Shown here: piece by piece, positions 45,833-57,819 of the stretch | How positions within the stretch are numbered: position 1 is the stretch's first letter | How the letters are laid out: the number at the start of each line of letters is the position of its first letter | Assembly (NCBI GenBank): GCA_963665845.2 | Contig: OY762492.1 | Span: 2,592,001-2,656,000 of the forward strand | Source of the DNA: Candidatus Poribacteria bacterium | Lineage (GTDB): Bacteria > Poribacteria > WGA-4E > GCA-2687025 | Reading direction: 5' to 3' | DNA length: 64,000 bases | Position numbers and translations under genes: made by a program | The notes under the pieces: model-generated | The model's input: the letters and a program-made list of their open reading frames with translations, nothing else | Told to the model about the DNA's origin: nothing | Database searches by the model: none

Positions 45833-46043
45833 CTGACCTCATGCTGAAAGTTGGGACAGTTGAACGACCAAAGCCTTTATTCATGGGAAAAGGCGCCGCC
45901 AACCAGACCGTCCCCCGCTTCCCCGTTTTCACGAGGACATGCCCGCGAGGACATGCATTCCCGCGCAAGCGGGAATCCAGAGTCAACCCCGAAACCGTCT
46001 GCGTTCACAACCAGAATTGTCCCAACTTTAGGCGTCAGGTCAG
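45833..46043. repeat. Family-1 MITE-like element
   Basis: CTGACCTCATGCTGAAAGTTGGGACA...TGTCCCAACTTTAGGCGTCAGGTCAG. Confidence 0.9.
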
Positions 46044-46095
46044 AGGAACGCGCCTTTGACATGAAAGCGCATGCCGGCTACACTATACCCAGGAT

Positions 46096-46169
46096 GCGCC
46101 CGTAGCTCAGTTGGATAGAGCAGGAGTTTCCTAAACTTCAGGTCACAGGTTCGAGTCCTGTCGGGCGCG
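46096..46169 (+). tRNA. tRNA-Arg (CCT)
   Basis: GCGCCCG TAGCTCAGTTGGATAGAGC A GGAGT TT CCT AA ACTTC..GGTTCGAGTCC..CGGGCGC G; CCA not encoded. Confidence 0.95.
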
Positions 46170-46199
46170 CGCTCCTTTATATAAGGGCTATATACGCGC

Positions 46200-46397
46200 T
46201 TATGAATCGTCCGCCTCGTCCGTTTCCGCGTCCGCGCTTTTGTAGATGAACACCGCGGCGGCGGTCAACCCTAACACAAAAAGAACCGTCAGCGCCGCCG
46301 CCAACCCCCTCCGATCAACCAGCTGCTTGAAATCCGCCTCATGATGCGGAATCAAGGTGTCATGCGCATGCAGCTCCAGCGCGGTAAGCAGCGTCAT
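46200..46397 (-). CDS. Small single-TM membrane protein
   Basis: TAATG coupling to the PBP stop; MTLL..HAHDTLIPHH..TM helix..acidic tail. Confidence 0.55.
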   Translation of the reverse strand: MTLLTALELHAHDTLIPHHEADFKQLVDRRGLAAALTVLFVLGLTAAAVFIYKSADAETDEADDS

Positions 46398-48693
46398 TAT
46401 TGCGCCGAGGGCGCCGGCAGCGGCGGCGGCGAGGAGGGCGCGGGAAACGATCCCTGCGGCTCTTCCACGACCGATTTCATAAACTCGACCCATATCGGCA
46501 GCGCTCCTTCAGAACCTGAACGGCGAACCCTGTTGGATCGGTCGTCAAAACCGATCCAGACGCCGGCGGCGTAACGCGGCGTGAAACCGATGAACCATGC
46601 GTCGGCGTAGCCGGAGGTGGTGCCGGTCTTGCCGCCTGCCGGCTCATTGAAACCGTACATAAAACGCGCCCGCCGCGCGGTGCCGCCCGATATGTCCAGA
46701 ACGCCGCGAAGCGTCTCCAGCGACATCTCCGCCGCTTCGGTCGAGAGGGCGCGCTTCCGCTTCGGGGCGTACTCGTCCATAACGCGGTTCACATCGCGCA
46801 GCGGCGTCACATACAGAACCTCCATCGGCGCGACGCGGTAACCGCCGTTCGCAAACGCGGCGTACGAGGCGGTCATCTCCAGCGGCGTCGCCTCCGCCGT
46901 GCCGAGCGCGATGGACGGATGCGGTCCGATCGGCGACGCGATGCCGAGATTCCGCGCCGTCTGAACGACCGTCTCGACGTCCAGCCGCTCATTCAGGAGG
47001 CGCGCTGTCGGGATATTCAGCGACCGAATCAGCGCCGTTTTGAGGTCCACCTCGCCCAGATACTCGTTGCGCGTGTAATTTTCAGGCGTCCAGCCGTTGA
47101 ACGACCATGGCTCATCGATGATCGTGTCGGAGGGGCGCATGCCGTTTTCCCATGCTGCCGCATACACGATCGGTTTGAACGCCGACCCCGGCTGCCGCCG
47201 CCCCTGCGTTACATGGTTGAACGGGAGAACGCTCCAGTCGCGTCCGCCCGCCATCGCGGCGATCCGCCCCGTTTCCACATCCAGCGCGACGATGCATCCG
47301 CGCACATAGTCGGTCAAGGGGCGGGCGGGGTTTTCTCCCGCTTTATGCTTTTTCAGCTCTTCGCTGAAATCGGGGTATCCCAGAAACTGATCCAGCTCCT
47401 TCAAACCCGCCAGCAAGACGCGGTCGGCGTCCTCCTGCAGCAGCGGGTCAAGCGTCGTATAGACGCGCATTCCGCGCATATACAGATCCTCTTTGGAGTA
47501 GATCCGCTTTAGGCTCTCTTCGATATGCGCGGCAAAGTAGGGGCGGAATTGTTCGGCGCTTTACGCTTCCGGTCGGAGAGCGTCAGTTCTGTGTTGATCG
47601 CCGCCTCATATTCCGCTTGATCAATATATTCGCGGCGGAGCATCTGTCCGAGGATGAAGTTGCGGCGGCGCGTGGAGGCTTCGGGGTTCGTGACGGGCGA
47701 GAAGGCGGTCGGTCTGTTCGGCAATCCAGCAAGAAGGGCGCACTCGGCAAGCGTCAGCTCGGAGACCTCCTTGTCAAAAAGCAGGCGCGCCGCCTCCCGA
47801 ACGCCGCGCATTTCGCGGTTATACCGTCTGCCGAAATCGACGAAGTTCATGTACCGCTCAAGGATCTGATCTTTTGAAAAACGGCGTTCGATGAGCGTCG
47901 CCAACGCCCATTCGCGCACTTTTCGCGGTATCGTCTTGCCTCGGTTGAGCAGGATATTGCGCGCCAGCTGCTGCGTGATGGTGCTGGCTCCATGCCGTTC
48001 GCCGCGTATCACGTTGGTCGCCATGGTCACCATCAAGCGGCGCACATGGATGCCTGGGTGTTTTTCAAATTCATGGTCTTCGACCGCCAGGATCGCCTCT
48101 TTGAGCTGGTCGGGCGCTTCGTTGAGCGGTATCAATCGGCGGGAGGCGCCGTCGTCTGTGTTGTAAAGTTCCGCCAGCAGCTCCGGTTCCAGGTAGAGAA
48201 CGGAGCGCCGTCCGCCGTCGCCGCCTTGGATGGAGCGCAGAACGCCCTTTTCAAACTGGAGCGTATGCAAGCCTGAAACGGGGCGGAGGCGCGGGAATTC
48301 AAACGGGCGCGTGAAGACCGAGAGGGTTCCGCCGCCGTTTTCCGCCACCTCGTCCATATACATGCCGGGTCCGACGCTTTCCAAGGTTTCCAGCGAGGCG
48401 GGTTCATACTCAAGGCGCGCCAGTCGGCGGCGTATGCGGTTCAAGGGGTCGCCTTCGCGTATTTCGGCAAGGTCGGAGTAGATTTCCGTATGCTGTTTCC
48501 ATATTTTGATTTCGCCGTATTCCAGCTCGCGCAGGTCGGTGGAACCTTCCGGCAAGGTTTCCACAATTTGGTAGATGTAGGTACAGAGCGCGATGGTGCC
48601 GACCATGAGCGCGGCGACGCCGAGAATAAACGCGACCTGAAATGTGCGGAAAACGATCCGGAAAAAACGGCGCATCTGCCGCGAAGCTCCCAA
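46397..48693 (-). pseudogene. mrcB: Class A penicillin-binding protein (PBP1B-like) split by a 1-nt frameshift
   Basis: Transglycosylase AVEDH, GASTITQQLAR, RKVRE; UB2H-like insert; transpeptidase GSAFK, SLN, KTGT; frames join if G4 at 47540-47543 is G5; may be an assembly indel. Confidence 0.85.
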
Positions 48694-48745
48694 CCCGTAC
48701 GCTTGAGAGTCTACCGCCCCGCCTCCTCCCTGTCAACCTGCTCAT

Positions 48746-49281
48746 CTGACCTCATGCTGAAAGTTGGGACATTTGAACGACCAGAGCCTTTATTCATGAG
48801 AAAAAGGCGCCGCCAACCAAACCGTTCCCCGCTTCCCCGTTTTCACGAGGACATGCCCGCGAGGACATGCATTCCTGCGCAAGCGGGAATCCAGAGGCGA
48901 ACCCGAAACCGCCCGCGTTCACCCCAAGCGTCCGACGGGCCCAAAACGTCATTCCCGCGTAAGCGGGAATCTTAGCCGCCGCGCGCTGTCCGCGCCTGCG
49001 GAAACCTCCCAGCCCCTTACAAAGGGGGAGTTATGGAAGCCCCCCTTGAAAAGGGGGGGTTTGGGGGGTTTTCAGCGTCCCCGAAACCGTTCGCGTTCAC
49101 CCCAAGCGTCCGACGGCCTAAATCGTCATTCCCGCGTAAGCGGGAATCTTAAGGCATCGCCGCCGCCGCTCCCGTCCATTAAACTCCCCCATCCCTCCTT
49201 TTCAAGGGGGGAGTCTAGATGCGCCGCAGAAGACGTCCGCGCTCGCCAAGCGGAATATCCCAACTAAAGACCCAAGGTCAG
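48746..49281. repeat. Expanded family-1 element enclosing three dRS3-like modules and several CCCCCTT..AAGGGGG hairpins
   Basis: Left CTGACCTCATGCTGAAAGTTGGGACA, right TCCCAACTAAAGACCCAAGGTCAG; internal duplication 48903-48974 vs 49081-49151. Confidence 0.88.
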
Positions 49282-49291
49282 AGCAAAACGC

Positions 49292-49320
49292 TTTACTTGC
49301 AGCCCGCGGCGAAGTATAAT
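49292..49320 (+). promoter_or_regulatory. Sigma70-like promoter
   Basis: TTTACT-17bp-TATAAT upstream of the DUF151 gene. Confidence 0.6.
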
Positions 49321-49385
49321 ATGGTAAAATAGAAGCGTTTATAGACGCGCGACATGCTCACACCGTTAGACGACGAGGCGCTCTC

Positions 49386-49841
49386 ATGCTTTCTGTAGAA
49401 GTTGCATTTCTGTCCAGCGACCCGAAACGGCAGGGGGTCGTGATTTTTCTCAAAACAGAGGACGACGAACGTCTGCTCCCCATACAGATCGGGTTCGCCG
49501 AAGCCTCCGCGATTCACATGAAACTGGAAGGGCTTGAAACGCCCCGCCCGATGACGCATGATCTGATGATGAACCTTGTCGAGACGCTCGGCGGGCGCGT
49601 CAAATCGGTCGCGGTGGAATCGATCCAGGACGGCACCTTTTATGGAATCGTCTATATTGAGCGCGGCGGCGAAACGATTGAGGTCGATTCCCGCCCAAGC
49701 GACGCGATACCGCTGGCGCTCCGAGCCGACGCGCCGATCTATGTCCATGACGATGTGATGGACGAAGCGGGAATTCTGCAGTCGGACATCCAGGCTGTTC
49801 AGGAGGAGCAGGAGCCGAATGAGGACTTCATACGGGTTTGA
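49386..49841 (+). CDS. Bifunctional nuclease family (DUF151) protein
   Basis: LPIQIG..EA..I, RPMTHDL, GTFYG, DSRPSDAI.LALR..APIYV. Confidence 0.92.
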   Translation: MLSVEVAFLSSDPKRQGVVIFLKTEDDERLLPIQIGFAEASAIHMKLEGLETPRPMTHDLMMNLVETLGGRVKSVAVESIQDGTFYGIVYIERGGETIEVDSRPSDAIPLALRADAPIYVHDDVMDEAGILQSDIQAVQEEQEPNEDFIRV

Positions 49842-49855
49842 AACAGGATAAGGCG

Positions 49856-50503
49856 ATGTTTAATTGGATCCGCAAGCTTTTTGCGAACGAACGCGCCGAC
49901 GACGCTTCCGAGAAGAGCATGACCGACCTTCTTTTGAGCATGGAGCAGAAGCACCAGACGGTGAAGTTTCAGGCTGCCGAGGCGATCCATGAGGAGCGGC
50001 GCATTGCGGACGAATGCTCCGCGCAGAAGAGAAAGGCGATGGACGCCCACAACGCCGCGGCGCAAGCCATGCGGGCGGGGCTGGAGGCGAGCGCGCGGCG
50101 GCACCTTGAGCGGTGGCAGCATGCGCAGGAGCTCGCGGATGCGTATGAGGAGCAGCGCGCCGGCGTCGCGGAAAAGGTGGAGTCGCTCAAAGAGGCGTCG
50201 GAAACCTACAAGCTGGAAATTGAACGCATCAAGGGCGAGCAGAGAGCATGGGAACTGCGCCGGAGTACCGCGCGGATACGATCCGACCTCAGCGAAGCGA
50301 CCCGTTCGCCCGAAATCGGGGTCGCGCGGGAGCTGATTGAACGGCAAAAAGAGATCGCAAGGCGCGAAGAGGCGCGGGCGGAAGTGAGAGCGGCTGTCGA
50401 CAAGAAAGACCTGAAAATCGGCATTCAGAACGTGAAAGTCGAGAACGAAATGGAGAAGCTGCGGCAACGGCTCGGCAAGACGCGCAAGACGACCGACTCA
50501 TAA
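49856..50503 (+). CDS. PspA/IM30-like coiled-coil protein
   Basis: Amphipathic N-terminus MFNWIRKLF, long coiled coil, A.QAMRAG.E..AR, C-terminal VENEMEKLRQRLG. Confidence 0.72.
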   Translation: MFNWIRKLFANERADDASEKSMTDLLLSMEQKHQTVKFQAAEAIHEERRIADECSAQKRKAMDAHNAAAQAMRAGLEASARRHLERWQHAQELADAYEEQRAGVAEKVESLKEASETYKLEIERIKGEQRAWELRRSTARIRSDLSEATRSPEIGVARELIERQKEIARREEARAEVRAAVDKKDLKIGIQNVKVENEMEKLRQRLGKTRKTTDS

Positions 50504-50504
50504 C

Positions 50505-50637
50505 CCTGACCGTATGTCTTTAGTTGGGACATGCCTGAATGCGAACGCGGACGTCTTCTGCGACGCCCTCTAGATTCCCGCTTGCGCGGGAATGACGAAT
50601 TGGTTGGCGACGCCTTTTTCCCATAAATAAAGGCTGA
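50505..50637. repeat. Truncated family-1 element
   Basis: CTGACCGTATGTCTTTAGTTGGGACA plus dRS3-like module; second TIR missing. Confidence 0.82.
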
Positions 50638-50644
50638 GGGAATC

Positions 50645-52171
50645 TTAGCGCCGGCGCTTCGGGGCTTTGCGCCCCAGTTTCAGGTTCTTTTCGTTTTCAG
50701 GCAGAAGATGTCCATCCCGCCGATTCTGGCTCTGCAGACCTGTCAAGGTCATTCTGTCCATCTTGACGCGGTTGCATGGCGGGCATAGCAGCGTCAGGTT
50801 GTCGTAGGCGTCGCTTCCGCCGTCCGACTTGGGGCGAATATGATCCACCTCCAGGACGCGCGGATCGAAGTTGTAGTCGCGCCCGCAGCCTTGACAATAG
50901 GCGTCAAACTGCTCCAGCAACTTTCCATGCTGCAAACGCGGCCTCGGATGGCGGGGGCGTTTGCGTCCGGTCAGCGTTGGAATGTCGGCAAACGCTTCGT
51001 CTCCGCCGTCGGTTCGGGCGGGCGGCTCCGTTTCATAATGGACAGCGTCAAAACCGAAACGCCCCTGCCGCTCCAGATCGGGATTCACTTCATCCGCCGC
51101 TAAACCTTCCATAGCGAGCCGAGACAACACCGTCTCATGCGCTTTGTCCCAAAGATCGATGCCGATCCATTGCCGATTCAGTTTTTCAGCGGCGACCGGC
51201 GTCGTCGCGCAGCCGCAAAACGGATCCAACACCATATCGCCTTCGTTAGAGGAGGCTTTGATGATCCGCTCATAAAGCGCAATCGGTTTTTGCGTCGGGT
51301 AGCCTGTGCGCTCTTTCCTGGATTCCACTTTGATGTCCAGTATGATGTCGCGCGCCGCGATGCCTTTTGCCTCGTCAAGATAGATTTTACGTCTTGGGAT
51401 TGTGCCGCGGCTGGGCCAATAAATAAGCCCCTCGGCGTCCATCTGGTCAAGCCTCTCTTTTGGGAAACGCCATAGATCGCTGACGCCTTTCCATTCAAAC
51501 TCGTATCCGCCGCCTGAAAGCCCGCGGGCATGCAAGGGCGCCGTCGTGAATCTGCCCGTATCGTCTTTCTGCTTGTAGGCGGACTGGAGATATTCTTCGT
51601 CGTACGGTTCTCTCGCCTCGTTTGTCCATGTGTATGTCTTGGACTTCGTATAAAAAAGCAGGATGTCATGAATTCTGCCCCACTTGGTTCGGGCGTCATT
51701 ATGCGAACCGTACCTGCGCCACACGATCTCATTTCTAAAATTCTCTTGACCGAAAACGGCGTCCAGCAGCATTTTCAGATAGTGGCTCGCGGTCGGATCG
51801 CAATGCAGATAGAGGCTTCCGTCATGGCGCAGGACGCGATGCATCTCAATGACGCGGACGCCCATGAAGCACAGATAGGCGGCGAGGTCGTCCCCGTAAA
51901 CCGTTTTTGCCGCCATGACCGCGTTCCAGACTTCAGGGTGTTCGTCCCTTATTTTCGTCAGCCATTCGTCATGGATGTCGTCGCGCCATGACCATCGGTC
52001 TTGGAAGCTGGCGCCGTCGGCGAGGCTGTCGGGCGTCGCATGGAAGTCGCGCGACTTGTTGAACGGCGGGTCGGTGGCGACAAGATGAACCGTTTCGCTG
52101 TTCATGCCGCGCAGGAAGGCGAGGTTGTCGCCGTGGTATAAGGTGCGGTTTTGGAAGTTGGGGGAGGGCAT
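50645..52171 (-). CDS. Beta-class N4/N6 DNA methyltransferase fused to a C-terminal HNH endonuclease
   Basis: Motif IV TDPPFN, YLHCD, NEIVW, YPTQKP, motif I LDPFCGCAT; HNH CQGC..LEVDHIRPKSDGG..NLTLLCPPCNRVK. Confidence 0.92.
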   Translation of the reverse strand: MPSPNFQNRTLYHGDNLAFLRGMNSETVHLVATDPPFNKSRDFHATPDSLADGASFQDRWSWRDDIHDEWLTKIRDEHPEVWNAVMAAKTVYGDDLAAYLCFMGVRVIEMHRVLRHDGSLYLHCDPTASHYLKMLLDAVFGQENFRNEIVWRRYGSHNDARTKWGRIHDILLFYTKSKTYTWTNEAREPYDEEYLQSAYKQKDDTGRFTTAPLHARGLSGGGYEFEWKGVSDLWRFPKERLDQMDAEGLIYWPSRGTIPRRKIYLDEAKGIAARDIILDIKVESRKERTGYPTQKPIALYERIIKASSNEGDMVLDPFCGCATTPVAAEKLNRQWIGIDLWDKAHETVLSRLAMEGLAADEVNPDLERQGRFGFDAVHYETEPPARTDGGDEAFADIPTLTGRKRPRHPRPRLQHGKLLEQFDAYCQGCGRDYNFDPRVLEVDHIRPKSDGGSDAYDNLTLLCPPCNRVKMDRMTLTGLQSQNRRDGHLLPENEKNLKLGRKAPKRRR

Positions 52172-53310
52172 TATGTGTCAAGAAGCGAGCGGTGAGCCGC
52201 TTCTACCGCCGAGCCGGGCGAAAAACGATAGCCCGCGTCTGACAGCCCGCGTTCCAGCGCCGCCGCCGCCGACACGATGTCCAAATCGTCCACCCATCCC
52301 AGATGCGCGGCGCGGATGAGCCGCCCTTTTAAGGCGTCCTGACCCCCGACAAAGACAGCGCCATGCTTGTCGCGCAGATTCTGAACGAACGCCTGGCTAT
52401 CGATCCCGTCGGGCGCGAGAAACGCTGTCAGCGCGTTCGACGGGACGCGCGGAAACAGCCGTATGTTCAGCGCCGATACCGCCGCGCGCATCGCCGAGGC
52501 GAGACGCGCATGCCGCGCCCAAGACGCCTCCATGCCGCCCGCCGACATGATCGTCTCAAGGGACGCGCGCAGCCCGTATATCAGCGAGATCGCGGGAGTG
52601 AACGGCGGAGAGCCGTTGGCGACGCGGGCGGCGTTTTGGGCGTAATCGAAGTAGTAGCGCGGCAGGTTGGCGCTTTTGGACGCCTCCGCGGCGCGCCCGC
52701 TCAACGCGCACAGCCCGACGCCCGGGGGAGTCATCAGCCCCTTGTGCGAGCAGCTGACCAGCGCGTCCACGCCCCATTCATCCATGCGCATCTCGTCCGC
52801 GCCGAGGGCGCTCACCGCGTCCACAATCAGCAGTACGCTCCGCTCCCGCGCGATCTCGCCGAGGGCGCGGATGTCATGCAGCGCGCCGGTGGAGGTTTCG
52901 CACAAGGTCGCCAAGACCCCCTTCGTTTCAGGGCGGGCTTTTAGCGCCGTCTCGACCGCCGCAGGATCGACGCTGGCTCCCCATTCGACGTCAAGCGGCT
53001 GGACGTCTAGACGGTACGCCTGCGCCAGCTCAACCCATCGGTCGCCGAATTTGCCGCTGCGGACGGCGAGGACAGGGTCGCCCGCCGAGAAGCAATTGAC
53101 AAGCGCGCATTCCATTCCGCCGGTGCCGGAGGAGGCGAAGACGGCGACATCGGAGACGGTCTGGAACGCGGTTTTCAATAAGCGCGCGCATTCCTTGACC
53201 GCCTCGGACGCCTCCGCGCTTCGGTGGTAGTCGATCTCCGCCGCCATCGCTTGGCGCGCGTTGGGCGGGGTCGGCGTCGGTCCAGGCGAATAAAGCCGCC
53301 GTTTTTTCAC
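52171..53310 (-). CDS. Class V PLP aminotransferase (alanine-glyoxylate/serine-pyruvate type)
   Basis: SPGPT, SSGTGGME, ETSTG, IVDAVS, SHKGLMTPPG; GTGA overlap with the LamG stop. Confidence 0.92.
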   Translation of the reverse strand: MKKRRLYSPGPTPTPPNARQAMAAEIDYHRSAEASEAVKECARLLKTAFQTVSDVAVFASSGTGGMECALVNCFSAGDPVLAVRSGKFGDRWVELAQAYRLDVQPLDVEWGASVDPAAVETALKARPETKGVLATLCETSTGALHDIRALGEIARERSVLLIVDAVSALGADEMRMDEWGVDALVSCSHKGLMTPPGVGLCALSGRAAEASKSANLPRYYFDYAQNAARVANGSPPFTPAISLIYGLRASLETIMSAGGMEASWARHARLASAMRAAVSALNIRLFPRVPSNALTAFLAPDGIDSQAFVQNLRDKHGAVFVGGQDALKGRLIRAAHLGWVDDLDIVSAAAALERGLSDAGYRFSPGSAVEAAHRSLLDT

Positions 53311-54056
53311 CGGGAGCCGCCGCTTGACTTCACTTCGCCCCATGCGAGCGCCAGACGCCCCGCCGGCGAGACGTTCAGCGCCACCTCGTTTGCCGACAGC
53401 ATGCGCGAATAGAGGCGGAATTCATCCAGCCCGCCTGAATAAAAGCCGTTTCCGCCGCCGAACGCGGTGTCGCCGGGGCTTTTATGTCCGATGGCGGCGG
53501 GCTGCCCATGTCCGCTCAACTCCTGCCAGTCCGTTTTGACTGCGTCCACTTCGATGCCGTCCACATAGAGGAACATCTGCCCTTGTCCGAAGACAGCCGC
53601 AATCTCATGCCATTCGCCGTCGTCGGGGGCGTCCGTTTCAGCGATTTCAGGGGGCGGATGATCCGCGCCGCAGCAGACGGTGCCGAACTGAAGCATCCCG
53701 TCAAGGATGCGCACGGTGAAACCTGTCCATGCGCCGCCTTCATCGAAGATGATTCGCTGCCCGTCCATGTCGTCCGGTTTCATGTAGAACCGGACCGACA
53801 GTTCGGGATCGGGGTCTTTGAAGATTTGATCGAGAAGGTTGATGACGGTTGATCCGTCGAATTCCCATGCTTTTTGGACGACTCCGTCGATCAGGTTGGC
53901 GCTGCCGGCGAGTTCGCCGTCGCGTCCGTTTCCAGATTCGTCGTTCGGCTGGTTGGCGTTGAAGCTGATGTACAGTTCCAGCCCGTCTTCTTGGGCGTTG
54001 AGCGTGAGCGCAAACGCCGCAAAGGCCGCGGCTGCCGTTATTCGCAAGGCGCGCAT
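53307..54056 (-). CDS. Secreted LamG-like jellyroll protein
   Basis: Signal peptide, GLELYISF, DESGNG, WHEI, LYVDG, GGLDEFRLYSR; C-terminal NVSPAGRLALAWGEVK. Confidence 0.88.
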   Translation of the reverse strand: MRALRITAAAAFAAFALTLNAQEDGLELYISFNANQPNDESGNGRDGELAGSANLIDGVVQKAWEFDGSTVINLLDQIFKDPDPELSVRFYMKPDDMDGQRIIFDEGGAWTGFTVRILDGMLQFGTVCCGADHPPPEIAETDAPDDGEWHEIAAVFGQGQMFLYVDGIEVDAVKTDWQELSGHGQPAAIGHKSPGDTAFGGGNGFYSGGLDEFRLYSRMLSANEVALNVSPAGRLALAWGEVKSSGGSR

Positions 54057-54138
54057 AGGCGTCTCCGTTCGTTTGAATGATGTCCGCGCCCTATTCATAA
54101 CCCGATGCGGCGGCGGTGTCAAGTACGGCGCTCCGCCG

Positions 54139-54765
54139 TTGTCGTCTGAACTAGGATTGCCAAGATTGAAAAGATTGCCAGGAAAACTCCTGCAGACCGC
54201 TCTCTTGGCAATCTTACTAACTGACCTCATGCGTAAAGTTGGGACAGCTGAACGAACGAAGCCTTTATTCATGGGAAAAAGGCGTCGCCAACCAAATCGT
54301 CATTCCCGCGTAAGCGGGAATCCAGAGGCGCCGCAGGAAACGTTCGCGTTCACCCCAACCGTCCGGCGGCTCAAATCGTTCCCGCTTCCGCGAGGACATG
54401 CATTCCCGCCCCTGCAGTTAAACGTGCGGGAATCTTAGCCGCCGTTGTCGTCTGAACTAGGATTGCCGAGATTGAAAAGATTGCCAGGAAAACTCCTGCA
54501 GACCGCTCTCTTGGCAATCTTAGCAATCCTTTAATCCTAGTTCAAAACCGACTCCACCCGCGCGCTAAAACCCCCCTAGCCCCCCTTTTCAAGGGGGGAA
54601 TCGGAGGCGCGCCCTTTTCAAGGGGGAATCGGAGGCGCGCCCTTTTCAAGGGGGAATCTGACCTTACGTCTTAAGTTGGGACATGTCGGCATGCGAACGC
54701 GGACGTCTTCTGCGGCGCCTCTAGATTCCCGCTTACGCGGGAATGACGATCTGGTTGGCGCCGCT
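54139..54765. repeat. Large repeat mosaic (two 9-nt-periodic modules, two family-1 ends, dRS3-like modules, triple CCCTTTTCAAGGGGG hairpin)
   Basis: GTTGTCGTCTGAACTAGGATTGCC at ~54138 and ~54443; CTGACCT..GTTGGGACA at 54221 and 54658. Confidence 0.9.
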
Positions 54766-55566
54766 TTAGTCCGACTCTATGCCGGGCCAGTCGCGCCACA
54801 TGTCGCTGCAGGGCGGTTCCTCTTGGGTTTTGTCCAGGTCCGTCTTGCGGTAGTCGTACAGAATCGCCTGTCGAATCTGCCGCGAATAGTTATGCCCCGC
54901 CATATGCCCGATGCGGTGGTGCCAGAAGACCACGTCGCCCGCCGAACCGTGCAGGTCGACCGGCGCCCGCTCGTTCACTTTGCGCCGCACAACGTCGTAT
55001 CCGTCCGTCGGCTCCATCTTATATTGGGAGCGGAACATCGGATAAAATTCGCGGTGGCTTCCCGGCCACACATTGAAGCCGCCGCCGTCCGGCGGGACGT
55101 CGTCAATGTATCCGACCGCGCCGAGATGGAACGGATGCGCGTCCACATGGCAGCCCGTCCCGCGGCGCGGACCGTCGCCGTATGGCAGCGTGCAGTAGAT
55201 GCCGCGCACGCGCTTCGGATCCTGAAGCGCGCCTTTACCCAGCATCTGCTCCGCCATTCCATAGACGGACGGATCGGTCGCCAAGAGGCGTATCATCCAC
55301 TCCTCGCCGCCCGGACGGCGGAAGTTCCAGCGGAACCCTTGCCGCCTGTCCATATTGTCCTCGTTCGTTTCTTGAAACGGGCCGATCCAGGTGTCGGGGT
55401 CTTCCCGCGACAGCTGCGGCGGCGCGTTCTCCCACAGGTGATCGCGCGCCCGTTTCATCAGCCCTTCGTCCAGCACATTTCGCTTCACCAGATAGCCGTT
55501 CTCGCGGAAAAACGCGATGTCCTCCGCCGTCAAACGAACCAGCCCTTTTTCGTCCGATGCATGCAT
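54766..55566 (-). CDS. PhyH-family Fe(II)/2-oxoglutarate dioxygenase
   Basis: FFRENGYL, HVD, GGFNVWPGSH, AGDVVFWHHRIGH, R..I; GGAGG RBS within the end of bioD. Confidence 0.88.
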   Translation of the reverse strand: MHASDEKGLVRLTAEDIAFFRENGYLVKRNVLDEGLMKRARDHLWENAPPQLSREDPDTWIGPFQETNEDNMDRRQGFRWNFRRPGGEEWMIRLLATDPSVYGMAEQMLGKGALQDPKRVRGIYCTLPYGDGPRRGTGCHVDAHPFHLGAVGYIDDVPPDGGGFNVWPGSHREFYPMFRSQYKMEPTDGYDVVRRKVNERAPVDLHGSAGDVVFWHHRIGHMAGHNYSRQIRQAILYDYRKTDLDKTQEEPPCSDMWRDWPGIESD

Positions 55567-55568
55567 AC

Positions 55569-57433
<1,865 letters not shown>

Positions 57434-57554
57434 CGCTCCGCCTCCTCAACCTGAAACGCATGATACTTGATATGCCCAAAAACGCATGCGGCGATGGCTT
57501 CGTCAACCAGCCCGTCGTTCCGCGCCCATATCCCGACATTCCGCGCCGATATCC

Positions 57555-57655
57555 TGTCATTCCCGCGTAAGCGGGAATCTTAAGGCATCGCAGCCGCTGC
57601 AACCGTCCTTTAAAACCCCCCTAGCCCCCCTTTTCAAGGGGGAATCGGACGCGGC
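57555..57655. repeat. dRS3-like module plus CCCCCTTTTCAAGGGGG hairpin
   Basis: GTCATTCCCGCGTAAGCGGGAATCTTAAGGCATCGC...CCCCCCTTTTCAAGGGGGAATC; similar to 12417-12520. Confidence 0.85.
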
Positions 57656-57688
57656 TTTTCAGGAGAAATCGGATGCGGCGCATTTTTG

Positions 57689-57717
57689 TTGACATCTCAT
57701 CCTGTTCATGTTATCGT
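57689..57717 (+). promoter_or_regulatory. Sigma70-like promoter of the tRNA-Leu pair
   Basis: TTGACA-17bp-TATCGT with TG extended -10, 12 nt before the first tRNA. Confidence 0.65.
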
Positions 57718-57729
57718 ACTTGACGCATT

Positions 57730-57817
57730 GCCGAGATGGCGGAATTGGTAGACGCGCTAGCCTCAGGAGCTAGTGGGCTTTTAGCCTGTGAGGGTTCGAA
57801 TCCCTCTCTCGGCACCA
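57730..57817 (+). tRNA. tRNA-Leu (CAG)
   Basis: GCCGAGA..CTAGC CT CAG GA GCTAG, long variable arm, GGTTCGAATCC, TCTCGGCACCA. Confidence 0.96.
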
Positions 57818-57819
57818 TT

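Noticed and set aside
54057-54272. Upstream extension of the second LamG ORF
   Set aside because: Lies largely in repeat mosaic; the signal peptide starts at Met 54056.
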